Positions 13,201 through 28,200 of a DNA stretch of 64,000 nt are shown in pieces (position 1 is the stretch's first letter; every line of letters begins with the position of its first letter). Under the pieces are notes generated by a model, which saw nothing but the letters and a program-made list of their open reading frames with translations, searched no databases and was not told where the DNA came from. The position numbers and the translations under genes are program-made. This stretch comes from Bugula neritina (taxonomy: Eukaryota > Animalia > Bryozoa). The stretch spans positions 23,796,767 to 23,860,766 of the forward strand of contig OZ037766.1 of the NCBI GenBank assembly GCA_964035545.1, given 5' to 3'.

Positions 13201-16200
13201 TATGTACTTTGCCTCCTACAGATGAAGCTATTGGACAATGTCACCAGAGCACACCTCCAGGTAGCCATATGAAACTGCGGCATTAAACCCACTAGAACAT
13301 TGGTAGGTGATAGGGAATCTAATAGAATCTCTTTTCCCAAAAGGAGTAGGAAATGATGTTGTGCTTACACCAGACAGTATTATGAAGTAGATCATGTTAG
13401 TTAATTTGGTGTACACTCGAAGACTCTAGCTTTTGGCGATTTTTCACGATTTAGCTGCTATTGTATATAGATTTTTGCCTCAAACTATCAAAATTTTAAC
13501 AAATAAAACTGAATAATTCCCAGTTATGCATTATTTTCTATGTCTATTCCTAATTTATTATTACATTGGGATATTATATAGGCCGTGATGATCCACAAAT
13601 GTATATTTAGCTCGTATGACAATGACGCCGCGCTTAAATGTTGCAGGACCTCTTCCCAGTCATTTTTGTTATGCATAGATAGAATCAGCAAATACTATTA
13701 CCCTATGTAGTAAGTTTTTAGGAATTTTGAGCAAACTTTAAAATGTTTGATCATAATCTGCTGATGTGTACTAAATAAAGTAAAATGGCCCAAATTCATT
13801 AAATGCTCTTGTGGAAGCCAACAATCATGCAAAACAACACAATATGGCTATTCTAGTACATCTATTCTATGCACAGAGTTCTGTCCTTGTGAAGCAGTAA
13901 CAGAAGTGTGCTGCAATGAACTAACATTTCTAACAAATGCTAATGATAGAAAAAAATGAAAAAGGTGTTTAATATGAACATAAGTGAAAGTTTGTCGCAT
14001 TTGTACAATTATATATATATGTTCAATTTTAACTTCAGCTGAGCAATAATATGCTGCATCTGTATCTTTTTTTCACTTTCTATTCACTGGCAATGAGCAA
14101 TGTTTTTTTTTATATATCTGTCCAGTGTCCAAACAGTTATTCAAAAACCTTGTATCATTTCTCTGCACCACATGTGATGTTTTATTGAAGCAATTCCGAT
14201 TTTTGAGCTGAGAAACATGTCTCTTGGCTTTTTACTTTGATTTCTTTTTACTGGCATGGCACATATTCATTCTAAAAATGCGCATCTATTTTATTCAGCA
14301 AAAAATTTTGTTTTTGCAACATAATACAGACTTTATGCCAACTAGATTACGATTTTTTCATAATTGGCGGCCATCTTGGGTTTCTCGAAATGCTCAAGGG
14401 TGACAGGTCCACACCCACCTGGAAACATTTACCTGGACCCTCAAGATAAATAATCAAAGGAGAAAAAAACTTTATCCGAGATTGCGAACCTAACCCCCAG
14501 TTCTGCCAGACTACAAAGAATAATTGTACAGAGGTGGCTGATAATATTTAACAAATTGTTGCTATTTTGAAAGTGGTATATTTATTATTTTAGAAACTTT
14601 TCAAATGTTTAAAAACTCATGTGTAGTTGTCGAAAATATTTCAAACCATATATATAAATTGATTACATAGTCTATTGGTATGACTCTTACCATCAAACCA
14701 TTAAATTTCTGCTTAATAGAGCATTAGATTATCATATAGCCTATATTTTTAATTCCTGATTGTTAAAAACATCTTGCAGCAAAGTCTATCTTATTGTAGG
14801 GAAGGTATATTTAGTCTATTGCAGGAAAAGTCTATTATGTAATAGGAAAAGCATATTATGTTGTAGGGAAGGCATATTCTATTGTAGGGAAAGTCTATGA
14901 GCATGATATGTGGCGCACTCAAGTGGTTAACTGACTTCGAAGCTCAAAAAGAGACAGAGTTTAGGAAATTATTGGATGATATTACCAATGATGCTAAAAC
15001 GTGAGGGTTTTGCAAAACTCTAGCTTGTATCAAATTGTTGGTTTCATAGCGTTTGATTGATTTATGTGTTTGTTTGTACTTCATGCCTGCCAGCAATAGC
15101 TTTTATTTTTGTGGGATGACAACTAAATCGATATTTTGGAGTTGTCCAATCTATACATAATTGACTAGTTAGCAGCGATTCAGGTTTTTCTGCTCGGTAT
15201 ATTGATTCTAGTCCTGTTGTAATATTTGTGGTCATTATATATAGTGACAGTTAGCTGGTTATTTATATTTTATCATTCACCATTCACCATTCACAATCAC
15301 TTTGGGCTCATAATATAGTAATTTAGCTCGCCTGTTGAATTTTCATGAGAGCATAAGTCTCATTGACTGTTATGCTGCAATTTTTTCCTACCTGAGAAAA
15401 TGTGTCATTCAATTGTTTTTATTGCTTTTCAAATTTCTTCTCTTGTTTTACTCTACCAGGGAAGAGATGGGGTGTTACCAACAATTGTTGTCAATATTCA
15501 ATAATAGACATGGAATTCATAAGCAGACAACTCCGGTGTACAGATTTTGTGCATTTAATTCAGTCATAATAACTGATACAGGATTGTATCCCATAATTAT
15601 ATTTAGTCATAACTAAGTTGCAATCCTAGTTTTTGTTCATACTTTTTAGCCATAGTTGTTCATTCACAATAAAGTTGGCCGAATGGTGAAGGCCATCTGG
15701 TGTAATCAGCATATAATTCCAGCCATGCAATACTCGTGAAAAGATATTGTTAATCATACTTCTAGATTCATTTCTAGGTGCACTAATTCTACTAGTAAGA
15801 CCTCAGCAGCTGCTAAATCTTCAGAACCTGATTGGATAACTAATTACTCGAGCAAAAAGAGCGAGAAGGAAGAGTTAGCAAAAATTCAGGTGAAGCGCAT
15901 GTTGCTAAAATAATGGTTATTTGCTCTATTTGAATTATTTTAGTTTCTTAGTCTTTCATTTCGCTCTTCTTGCAAACAAAAAACTTTGAAATTTTTACAA
16001 TAACTTGCTTTTTATATTGACTACAAGTTCATCAAATACATTCTATATAAAATTTAGATTTGTAGTTTTATTGCTTATACACTTGCACCATAAGATGAGA
16101 TTAATACCCTAAGATGATATTATTATACAGAGGGAGAGAGATATTATAATAAAGAGAGAACAGAGGTTGATAGAGTTGAAGAAGAATATCCAGGCTCCGA

Positions 16201-19200
16201 CATTCTACAGAAAGGGCACTAAAAGGCCGGTTGGTTGAATATGAGTCATGGAATATAAAATTTATAAAAGTGTCTCTTTTTGCGTGCAGTTATTGCCAGA
16301 CAGCAATCTGCACACGGTCTTACATTATAGTATTTGTATTCAACACTTATGGTTAATTCTACTCCAACACCTTAATTTGCCAGATGTTGGTTTATTCTAT
16401 TTCAATCTCTCTGCTCTCTAATATCACAATACTGCTTTGTCTAGTTGTTGATTTTCTGTGATTTGTGCCAGTTAGAATATGCCACCAATATCTGCTGTAA
16501 TGTATGTCAGTGCACTTTATAATCTGCATAATTTTATGCTTCTCTTTGTATTAAAAACATGTTTTTGAAACTGAAACATTTCATACAAATCTTGATTACT
16601 ATAAGATTCTTGTTGTCAGTTATGGAACATCATATAAGGTTTTTTATTGTATAATGCTACACTGTACTATACCATGCCATACCGTGATTTATTTTGTTAT
16701 ATTGTGCTATACTGTGTTAAATTATGCTATACTGTGTTACATTATGCTATACTGTGTTACATTATGCTATACCGTGTTAAATTATGCTATACTGTGTTAC
16801 ATTATGCTATACTGTGTTACATTATGCTATACCGTGCTTAATTATGCTATACTGTGTTACATTATGCTACATTGTACCATATCAGCGATTGATGTATATT
16901 TTCTAGTATGTATATAATTTTTTATTCCTAGCACAAGGAAACTGATAATGACGCCTTCACAGATTTCATGCAGACGGCTGATGAACAACTCAAAGTGGAG
17001 TATGAAAAAGAGGCTCGGCAAATTGATGAGGATTTCCTGTTGAATCAGATGGAGGCTGATGAGGCCGAGAATTCCGAAGGAGAGGAAGAAGATATATATG
17101 TTACTAAGGTGGGTGAACATGTTGGCTGCTGGCTGCGTTTAGACATATCCATTCAATAGCTTGCAGCACAACCTGAGCATAACACATTTCTGCTCTGCTC
17201 TGCGATGTAAACTGTATTATTTATGTGATGAGAACTAAACTTTTCTATATTCTACACTGATTATTGGTGCATTGTTTTGAGGGTATATGGAATGAATTTT
17301 TTGTAAAAAGATGTGATTTCTTTTAATTAACTCATGGTGATTGTAGATCTGTCTCATGCTTTTAGTTTTGCAAAATTGATTGTCTGGACAAGAATGGAAA
17401 ATGGACCTGAAAATAAAATCCTTATTTTCCTATCTAATAAAACCTAAATTGCTGAATTACCAAATTTAAGTGATGTGGTGTAAACTGTTGGCTCTCAGCT
17501 TTTTCTTAGTTTTTTAAAGAGACTAGTTTTGCTTTTGTGAGTTTATTGTGTCTATTGCCTCTGTTTTTTTATTTTAGATATATTTTTGCAGTAGGACTCA
17601 TTCCCAGCTCTCACAGTTTGTGGGGGAGGTACTCAAATCCCCTTACTCCCACACTGTCAGATCAGTGTCCTTGGGCTCCAGACAAGTGAGTCTTCGATTT
17701 AGATTTAGTATTCTATTGACAGATCTGCTGCTAAATCTTCCAATCAAGTTAGTTTAAATTTTAAAGAGACAATTTAAGTCAATTTTTTCTTTTCAAATTG
17801 AATGTAAATAATATACACAATATTTCAAATTTCACATATGTTGCAATTGTTTTGAAACGAGCAGCACTTACCACAATACTATCCTCTTTATCTCAGTCTT
17901 TCCAACTCATGCTGACATTGTTGACTAACTTGACATTCACACCAAGTTAAGAAGTTTGGTGAAAATTGTGTTGTAACTAAAGTTTTAAAGTTCTATGTAG
18001 ATTAACTAAATTGAACTTCTACTATTTATATGATAATTGCCACAACTCTTTATAATTACAATGCTTTGACTAAATTCTTAGAGTATTTATTTATATCACA
18101 TCATTGCACTAATAACTAATCTATGTTTGTTATTATTGTATTATTTATGTATATAGTTGTGTTAGTCTAACATCATTGCACTAATAACTAATTTATGTTT
18201 GTTATTATTGTATTATTTATGTATATAGTTGTGTTAGTCTAACATCATTGCACTGATAACTAATCTATGTTTCTTATTGTATTATTTATGTATATAGTTG
18301 TGTTAGTGTAACATCATTGCATTAATAACTAATCTATGCTTGTTATCATTGTATTATTTATGCATATAGTTGTGTTAGTGTAACTGTTACTGCTATTTCC
18401 AGAATATGTGTATTAATGGAGATGTGAACAGACTCAAGTCTCTTACACTCATCAATGATAGATGTAAGGAACTGCAGAAAAACAGCAGTAAGAAGTCAAC
18501 ATCTGATACAGGGAAAAGGAGGAAGCAAAGTGGTTGCTGTCCTTACTATAACCAGTCTAGAATTCGGCATCTGACAGAGAGGGCACTGGTAATGCTTGTC
18601 AGTTATTTATAAATTTGCCTTTAAGATGACATCACACAATTATTTAACGTAATTAATAAAGCTTTGCGTTTCATGGGACAATTTGAAAATATAATAAACA
18701 TACATTGCACAACCTCAAAAACTAAAATTAGAATGATATTTTAATTGTTTGATTCTAGTTAATGGTAAATAACGTGATTTTATAATACAATTTGTTGTAT
18801 GTTATATCCGATATGTTGCCTATTAATGCTAGAGTTGAGTTGATGGCTAACATCATTTGGCTACTTGTCTACATACTTATTATGTAATACAGTAGTTGTA
18901 TGTGCAGCTAGAGGTCAAGGATATTGAAGATCTGGTGAAAACAGGAAAGAAGGTAAAGGCGTGTCCATATTATGCTGCCAGGCGCTCAGTTCCAGCTGCG
19001 CAGGTCAGCATAGCTACTCTGTATCTCTATTACTGCTCTACAGTAGCTATGAGTTGCCCTTCAATGCATGTCATATGTACTTGGTTATTACTAGGAGTTA
19101 TGCTCTCTAAAAAAGCTCGATGGTGTTATTTAAAATGTTTTGTCACTGAATGCAGTTTATAGAAACATCTTTCCTTGCAACATTTATTTTGATTTAATTA

Positions 19201-22200
19201 AACAGTGTCATGCTATTAAGGTCATTTTCACCAGCTAGTTGCTATTTGAATATATATTGGATAATATACTCTCTGCTAGAGCTGGTGATGTAACGCCATT
19301 GACTAGCAGCTATAGATAGTATTATGTATACATGTTCTAGAATCTGGTAGATGTTTATGTTACTACACAATAGTGTTTGTGACTACTCATGTTACCATGC
19401 AGTACTGCTTATGTTACTATATAATACTAATTTCAGCTGGTAGTGTTACCATACAATACTACTTATGTTACTATACTGTACTAATTTCAGCTAGTAGTGT
19501 TACCATACAACACACTGCTACACAATTCAACTAGAAAAGCCTCAGGTATCCAACTCAAAGACAATATCGTGATTATTGATGAAGCCCACAACCTTTTAGA
19601 AACCATCAGCAATATCCACAGCGTAGAGGTCTTTGAATCTCAGGTATCTGTTTATTTAAATAATTTAGTTATGAATGTGTAGATATCATATCCGTGTACT
19701 GCTTCTGTTAGTTACGTAAAAGATGGTGCTTAGAAATAAATGGTTTGTAACAAAACTAGCTTGAAAATGAAATTTTCATGCTCTTGCTAACAAAGATGAA
19801 GGTGTCAGACCAAAAAATAATTTCATCTGGATGTGTGACTAGTAATGTTCATATTGATGTGCAGCAAGCATGGTTTTAGCAGGTTTAACTAGCCATTAAT
19901 CAAACATCCGTGGTTTAGATGGCTGAACAACAATTATCTATTCAATGAATATAATATTGGTTTAAGAAAAACTTACCTGCGTTTATAGTTGCTATCTATG
20001 GTGGAATGGTTTTTTTTTAATGAGACAAGAACTTTTTTATTGTTGTGGCAAAGCAAAAATTAACATCACCAAATTTCGCTTTTTTCTGGAATTGAACAAC
20101 TGTTTATTAAACTAGTGTTCTAACCACTAGACCACAACTGCTCTGCTGATATTGATTTAATAACTTTATTTAATTTAATTTTTCAATAATTTAATATTGT
20201 TTTATTCTAGTTATATTTATCAGATTATTTTAACTCCAAGCTGAAAGTAATGAGCAAATCACTGAGAATGGCATTTGAGTCATTGTACTTAATTTTTTTC
20301 ATGACCGTCCGCAAATCCAAATTAGCTAAATAAGAAATAAACCAAAATTAAAAAACCTTGATGATTTAGTTGTATTTATCAATACTTTATTAGTTTTAAG
20401 CAAAAATCCATATACATTAGCAGCTAAATTGTGAAAAATAGCTAAAAACTGGAGATATATAGCGTGTACTAAATTAAGTAAAATGACCCATTTTGTATTG
20501 TATTGAAACATCCAACATATGACATAATCTTGAAGATTTCTCTTGTTTTCGTTTGTAGTTGGTGCAAGCCCGGAGCCAATTGGAACGGTATAGAGACAAA
20601 TACAGGAGCAGATTACTCCCATTGAATCTCTTACATGTAGAACAACTTATTAACATAATGTCAGAATTCATAATGTATCTGAATAATGCAGGTAATAATG
20701 GTTACAGCTGCATTCATGTTTATGCAAATTTGTTTTCTTATTGAAATATTTTATCATCATTAAGTATCTTTTGGCAATTTGCCAGTTTTTATGACTGGTT
20801 ATTAAGGAGTGAAGGAATCGTTATGTCGTCAGATGGATCAAACATATGAAAATAGTTTTCTGACAGGTGAACGTACCTGTGATTGATGATGTTATTCATA
20901 TGCACACCTGGGTTGATGGGAATTAAATGATACTGGAAAGTATCACACACATATTCTAATGATACGAGCTGGCTAAGGATATAGTAACAGATCCTATTAC
21001 TGTTCAGTGGGAAAAGTCACTCTGTTAATTCTTTTCTGCATATTCAATGTATCTACATTCAGCCCATTTACACTATGCACTCATGGTAGTGTAGTGTATA
21101 GGTCTATTAACTTTTTAGTGAGTGCAGCACTCTTTGCATTTCACTTTTACGTGTTTTTTTCAATTAATTACGTGTTATTGAGAATAGGAAGTAAAATTTT
21201 TAAATGAAATAATTAAAAATAACCACCAGGATAGTAAAGCTGTTAGCCAATACAATTGGTCAATTTGATTTCTCCTACTGGCAATTTACTCTGTGGGGTA
21301 GATAACTGCAGCAGCACATTTTTACTGCATGTGGTTTACTCAGACTATATCTGAGCTCTTATATTTCAGGAGATACTAAACTGCTAACAGTCAATGACTT
21401 CCTGTCCGCTTGTAATCTCGACAACATCAACTTCTTCGCACTTCTCAGATTTTGTGAAAAGTCGCAAATTGCAAGGAAACTTTCCGGATTTGTTGGACAC
21501 GATAAAAATAAGGTGAAGGTAGGTATTAGATATTAGAAATTGTGCAATAAATTAATCCTGGTCTTTATGTAGCATTCAATGTAAACTTCTACATTAATTT
21601 AGTGAATTTACAACAGTTTTATAGTTTCTCCACCAATATTATTTATTAGTTCTTCACCTTTTTTTCTGTTATTTCTGTTTCTGTTATTAATCCTGGTCTT
21701 TATGTAGCATTCAATGTGAACTTCTACATTTAATGAATTTACAACAGTTTTATAGTTTCTCCACCAATATTATTTATTAGTTCTTTACTTTTTTTTCTGT
21801 TATTTTCGAAAGAATTCGTACAACTTAGTTCAATTAACTTTGGCAGACAAAGTTCTAGGAATTACAATATTTTGATTCAAATTTCCTCAAATTTATTTTT
21901 TATGTTTTATACTGATGTCAATACACTTGCTGTATTTTGAATGAACACATCTTCTGTTGTTTTGTTCAAACCTGGAATTGGAGGATAAAAATATCTGCTA
22001 GTATGTCTCCCACTACTTTGAAATGTTATACTTGGCACAGAATCTTCCTATTTCATCCAAATTTCATCAACACTTTCTAAAACTAGAATAGGCTTGCTTT
22101 GATAGCCTTCAAGCCAGTTGGTAACAGCATACAGCTCCCCTAACCAAGATTTGTATCTTTGAACTTGGTAGTGTTGCTCTGTGTAAGCCGAGTTTAGATT

Positions 22201-25200
22201 AATATGCTGTTTTTGGCAACCCCTCCTTGTAGCTTTACAGTTGGTATGTTTTTATAGAATAATGATGAGCAGTGCTCCAGCAGTGCCAAGGCTATGGAAA
22301 CTAAGCAGAGTGGAATTTCATCCTTACTGCAGAAAATCAAACATTCAGAGACTTCTTCAGCTCATGAGGCTGGTGAGTTTGCTTTATAGGTGTGGTTCTT
22401 AGCGGTGTTACTGTGGTGATTGTTGGAGTGGCCTAGTGGCAGCAGCAGTAATGCTATGCTGTGTGACACAGTTGTCAAGGCGTTGTTGGCTAAAATAGCA
22501 TGTGGTCCCTGGTACTCATGTGTTTTACTACTACTACCTGTGTTCTCTAAATCTCTTCTTATTGTATTGTTGTTATCAGTTAGAGTGAAACTATATATGT
22601 TTCTATGTATGAGGTGTATACTTTGTGCCTATATTTAGTATCAATTCTAGTGGCTTGTATTTCAGTTAAGGCTCATTAATTTTAAACAAGCTACTAATTT
22701 TTGAAACTACAAGTATTTCTACTAAGTCTAAGGACTATTTTCTACTGTTGTGCTTGTATCTCTCTCTATATTTTTATCAGGATGTTTGTCAACTTTATAG
22801 ATACGTATATTTGTGCTTGTATTTGTGCGGAGCGAGGGCATAGAAAATCAAGCAAAATTAAAAAAAGCCCTGATTATTCAGCTGTATTTGTTGATATTCT
22901 ATAGAGTTAATGCAAGAAACTGTATACATTAGCTGCTAAACTGTGAAAAATAGCAAAGAACTAGAGATATATAGCTTCTACTAAATTAAGTAAAATGATC
23001 CTTATATATAGCCAAGACGAATTTCACTTTGTATTTAAAACAAATTTGAGTGGCCTTTAAAATAATAAGCATTTATGCTTTTCCTTTTATGTCAGGATGT
23101 CGGAACTGTATGAATAAGGTCTAAAATTTAAACTTAAATGTTTTAATTTTAAAGTATGAGGCTTTACGATTTTATGTCCACATTCATTCCATTTTTATAG
23201 TATAAACTTGAAGAGTAAATTCTGATTCACATACTTCTAGGCTTTGTATGCATCAGATTTAACCTAGTCAGGGGGATAAGTGTGCGTGTATTGATTAGAT
23301 ATGGCAAGAATAAACAAACTGGCATTATACTGCTCAATAAGTTGGTACCAGGTATTTTAAAATTGTATTCATGTACTGTTCGTATGTCAATATTTTATAT
23401 TTATTGGAATTTTAGCAATATGCTCATAGGTTATGACATATATTTTATCTATTATTATTTTCAGTCATTCTTTACTATATTTGAAATGTATAGATGGAGA
23501 GTAAATAAATACCAAAATAGCATGGCCATCCCTAATACTTCTTTTTAACTCTTCAAATTTCAATAATTTGACTATAACAGGTAATTCTGCCTACGAAAAA
23601 TTTCAACTTTGCTATAATAGTAACTACATGTAATTAATATATTAGGCAATAAATATAATCATATATTATAGTGAACACATTTACACTTTTTTGAATTACA
23701 ATCATTTATTAAGTGTTCTTTTTATTATTATTTATAGTCAGTGAAGTAAAAAATAATTACAGTTTATTGGAAATAGTATTGGCTTATAACATGTTTTTGG
23801 CCAAATTACAATCGTTTGAAATTTAATATTGGATCTAAATCATATTGATGCGCTAAAATGAATAATTATTGGTCATCATTAAAGTATTTAAGACTCGATA
23901 ATTTATGTTGGTTTAAATTCTTGAAACTTCTCAACAGCTGGTTAACTGGCCATCACGTTACAAAATAACATTAGGAGTAATCTTCTCATCTAACAGTGTG
24001 ATATTACAAGTATATAAGCAGACTGCTCACCAAAGACTTAGTCTATAAAAATAAAATAAATAAACACCAGGTAGAATCTGGAATGTTCAAGGAGTTGCAT
24101 ACACTTACTCTCATACTTGTCATAAAATACAACTCTACTAACTGATTAGGTAACACAATCAGTAGGTATTAAGGCAACTGTTGTCACGAAAACATGGCTG
24201 ATATTCAGTTGTCATAGTTACTTTTTCCCATACTATTCACAGGCAAAGTTGAAAAAATCAGGTTATAAATAATTATAATACTCTACTCAGATTAGTAGCA
24301 ATACCATCAATAATAGATTATATACATGAAGTAGATATATAAAGTAAAATATGTAAGATTATGCTTGAGATAGTCTAGGTCAAAAGTATTTAAGTTGTGG
24401 TCTAGTTGTTTACAAATAGGGAATATATACCCTACGGCCTACAGCTATCTCATCCTGTACTTAGTCTTGTTCAAATGATGGGTTTGTCTCCCCTTGGTTG
24501 CTTTCTATTGACCCTTGAGTGGGCTGATCACTTGGTACAGATTCTTTCACCTCAGGTACTTCTGCTGCATGAGCCTGTGGCTCCACATTAACCTGTGATT
24601 CTACATTAGCCTGGGATTCTACACTTGGCTCTGGTTCTGCACTAGCCTCTGGTTCTGCATTTTGCTGCTCAGATTCTTCAGACGAGCTGGTTTTGATCAC
24701 ATGACTTGTATCTTCATCGTCTAATTCTATCTCGCCATGACCTAACCCTGCTTCTATGTCTATTCCGCCGTTTGCATGCTCATTTCCTGTTAATGCAATC
24801 TCAAGTTAGATCTACACTTAATAGAATAGCTTATCATGACACACCATGACAGTGTAGATTAATCAAGCCTTCTAGAGAAGTTTTATCGCTGCTATTAATT
24901 CATATGTTTTGTGCTGTCTGCAATCAAAGCTGTGAACTGCTGGCCACTACTTTACTACCATACTCAGGTCATTTATTTGCTAAAAATTAACTATGTTTTA
25001 ATTTCCGATGGGGTTATATTAAGATAAATTTGAAAATTGCCTTTTACATATTCACAAATTTCAGTTTGCTGGTCATGCCTATATTTTCAGATTTAGTAGT
25101 TTTTGAGGGGTTTTTAGATACCACTTTACGAGGGAAAATTTATTTGGACTTTATCCATTAGCAGTAAAAGAACTGGTTTTCTAGCAGTATTGTTAATATT

Positions 25201-28200
25201 ATGCTAATTTCTAATAGTTCTTTCAGAAACTAGTCACAAATGGAAGACCATATACAGAATATTATTATTTCAATTGTAGCTTAAAATAATTTACATTACT
25301 ATTAAACAATATAATATTTGAATGTATTAATTGAGTTGGTTTACCTCCATTGACTACTTGTTTGACTGGTTTCGTTGATACAGGCCTTTTCTTTGGCTGA
25401 ATAACCACAGTTTTCACTTCAGTTTGTCTTCGCCTTTTACACCAAAGTACGAATATCAAAACTACAATAACCCAAGAATAATCTGTTTAACACTACCAAT
25501 TAAACATGTAAAATATTTGTACATTTTCAATTCAGTTTATTCACTCCTATGAAAATAAATGTCTCAATGAACATTCAAGTGACCTAGTATAGAGTGACAG
25601 TCACTGGCAATAAATAGCAGAGATGCAAGATATAGCAAATGTTTCAAATGGGAGATAAATGTGCCATTTCCTGACAGACAGCTTTTGGTGTAAAATCAGT
25701 AGAAAAATTTCTGCATTTGCAAATAACTGTAATACAGTTATGAATAAGATCTACAAATTAGTACAAAAATGATTTTTAATATGAAAAAACTTAATTTTAG
25801 TTTATTTTTTGCTAAATTTGATTATCGAAACATATTCTAGAAAAAGCATCTTGGAAGTTTTCATCAAAGCCATGTTTTTTTATAGTTAACATTTCAAGGT
25901 TTTTGTCAAATAAAATTCTAAATCCAGAATAAATAATATATTTTTACTTGTAAAAAGAATGTAATAATATGTATTATGACATACAGTTGTCAAGTCCTCT
26001 TGGTATGTACAAGTGTCAAGATAATACATGCTACATGCATGTTAAAGTTTCTAACAATCAATTTGTAAGATAAGAACTGAATTACAGATATGAAGTATCA
26101 TTATTGGTTTCAAGGGTTATTTATGCATTTTGAGAAAGTTTGCTCTGGACCAACACAGCCAAACAAAACATTTAAAAGCACAGTGAGTTAAACAACCCCC
26201 CTCCTCCCTTCCCCCACTAATTAAGATTTTAGTCTATTTCATAGAACAGAGCACATAGTTTTAACCTAAAATAGCTAAATCTTTATGCTATTAGTTGTCA
26301 TGAAAAATGTAAACCCTTGGAGCAAGTCAACTGTCTTCACAAGCTAATGGCTGTTAGAACTCTTACCTAATATAATAAAGAATAAAATGGCAAAGAATGT
26401 CATGGCTATGAACGGATCTTGAAATCTACTCTTCATGATGGCTGATGATAGAACCAGAACTAAGAGAGTCCGAAGTAGTAAAGTCTAATAACTTCAATAG
26501 CCTGTGAGTGTAGCTGCGTCTTCTAAAGCTCTAGCCTTTCTCCAGTCTACAATATAGTTCAATCAGTTAGAAAACAATTAAATACACTGCTGCGTTATTC
26601 TAAAAATCTCTATTGTAAAATAGCAAAGGCTAAATTATAGCACATTTTGCTGTAATAGACTGGTAGTGGAGGAACTTGATAAACATTGGTACCCTCAAAC
26701 TTATCAAACTATAAATTCAACGTGAAGCTAAAAAACAATGCAAACAAATATGGTTGACATTTAAATAAAAAATAATGTTTTAATTTAGCCACACTTTCTT
26801 ACTAAAAAAGTTTAAATATTAGTATAACTCAATTAATTGATATGTTACTTACCAAACCGTCAATAATAGCTGGTATAAACCTTACTAGCTCACAGTTCAG
26901 TTAGCTAGCAAATACTAATAAACAGCTTAAGATTATATACATTCGTTCCACTGAATATAATGTAACACATAAGCATTAGCAAGTAGCATGGTTATAGTTC
27001 TGACCTATTATTACAAACATAATAAATCATTTAAAATACAGATATAGTGTACTGTTGTAGCTATTAACTCAGTTGCCAAGATCCAAGGTATTAAGCTTTA
27101 GACTTGAGTATTCAAGATTACATGAAATAGTAAACTAGTTACAGCTAAGATTGTAGTTTGATAACCCTTGGTTCTAATTCACTGAATTCATTATACTCAA
27201 AGTTGTAACTAGAGGACTTCCAGGTTGTTATTTCACATGTATAAACTTATAATCTTTGTTTATTAAACAAAATCATGTCAAAATGTTAGCCTAGACTTGA
27301 TTTATTGTAGCAGTTGTTGCTGTCTTTAGTTGGCATGTTTTTATCTTTATTTATACTATTTTAGTAGCATGTTAAATGTTAAATGATGCAAGACACATAA
27401 TATGCTATTATTGGGGTTTTGAATATTCACAACCCCTATTTGTGTAACCTTTTGGAGTGGGCCATTATTTCAACAGGTCTGATAGTGTTGCTTGTAATAG
27501 TTTTCTAAAAGTGGTAGTAAAATGTGTATGTTAGTCAGCATAGTGCCACAACTCCATAGAATGGGTCAAAAGTAAATTTTACTTGTCTAATTTTACTGTG
27601 TAAAATGGTTTAGATTAGGCCTAAGTCAAATTGAGTAGTTAAATTGGTGTTGTGAATTTTATTATCAAAGTTTCTTCTTTTATACATGCTGAATAATTGC
27701 CCTTTAAATTTGATTTGGTCTTACACTTCCAATGTGTTACCAAAGCAGTCTGCAGCTTGCAAGTCAAAGTTTCCACTTTAAAATTTTACAAAGGCAATTA
27801 ATTAAATCTGCCATTGAGTACAGAGGGGTGCTTGAATGGAGCTTAGTACGGTGATCATGCAAACCCATTAACCTGTAAAATTACAATAACTAATTAATAA
27901 ATGGCCTTTATCAACCAATGAGGGTTTATCAATTGATCTAGCCTAATAACCATTCACTTGCCAGGAGGCTGCAAACAATACATTGATTATCTAGTTCTCA
28001 TACTAACACTCTGTTAAATTGGAACCAAAGGTATTTGAATATTTCTCGATGATAGTTCTTTTGTAGTATTGTGTAATGCAATACAGCTGGTGTAATACTT
28101 GTACAATTTTGCGGGTATGTAGGGCGTGTGCATAAATGGTCTTTCAACTCACTTGCTGCGCTCTACTAGGTCATCGCCCTGTTACTAATATTTTCTTCCC

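Noticed and set aside
16647-16917. Cys/Tyr-rich repetitive ORFs
   Set aside because: Translations of the 20-bp minisatellite inside a DDX11 intron.
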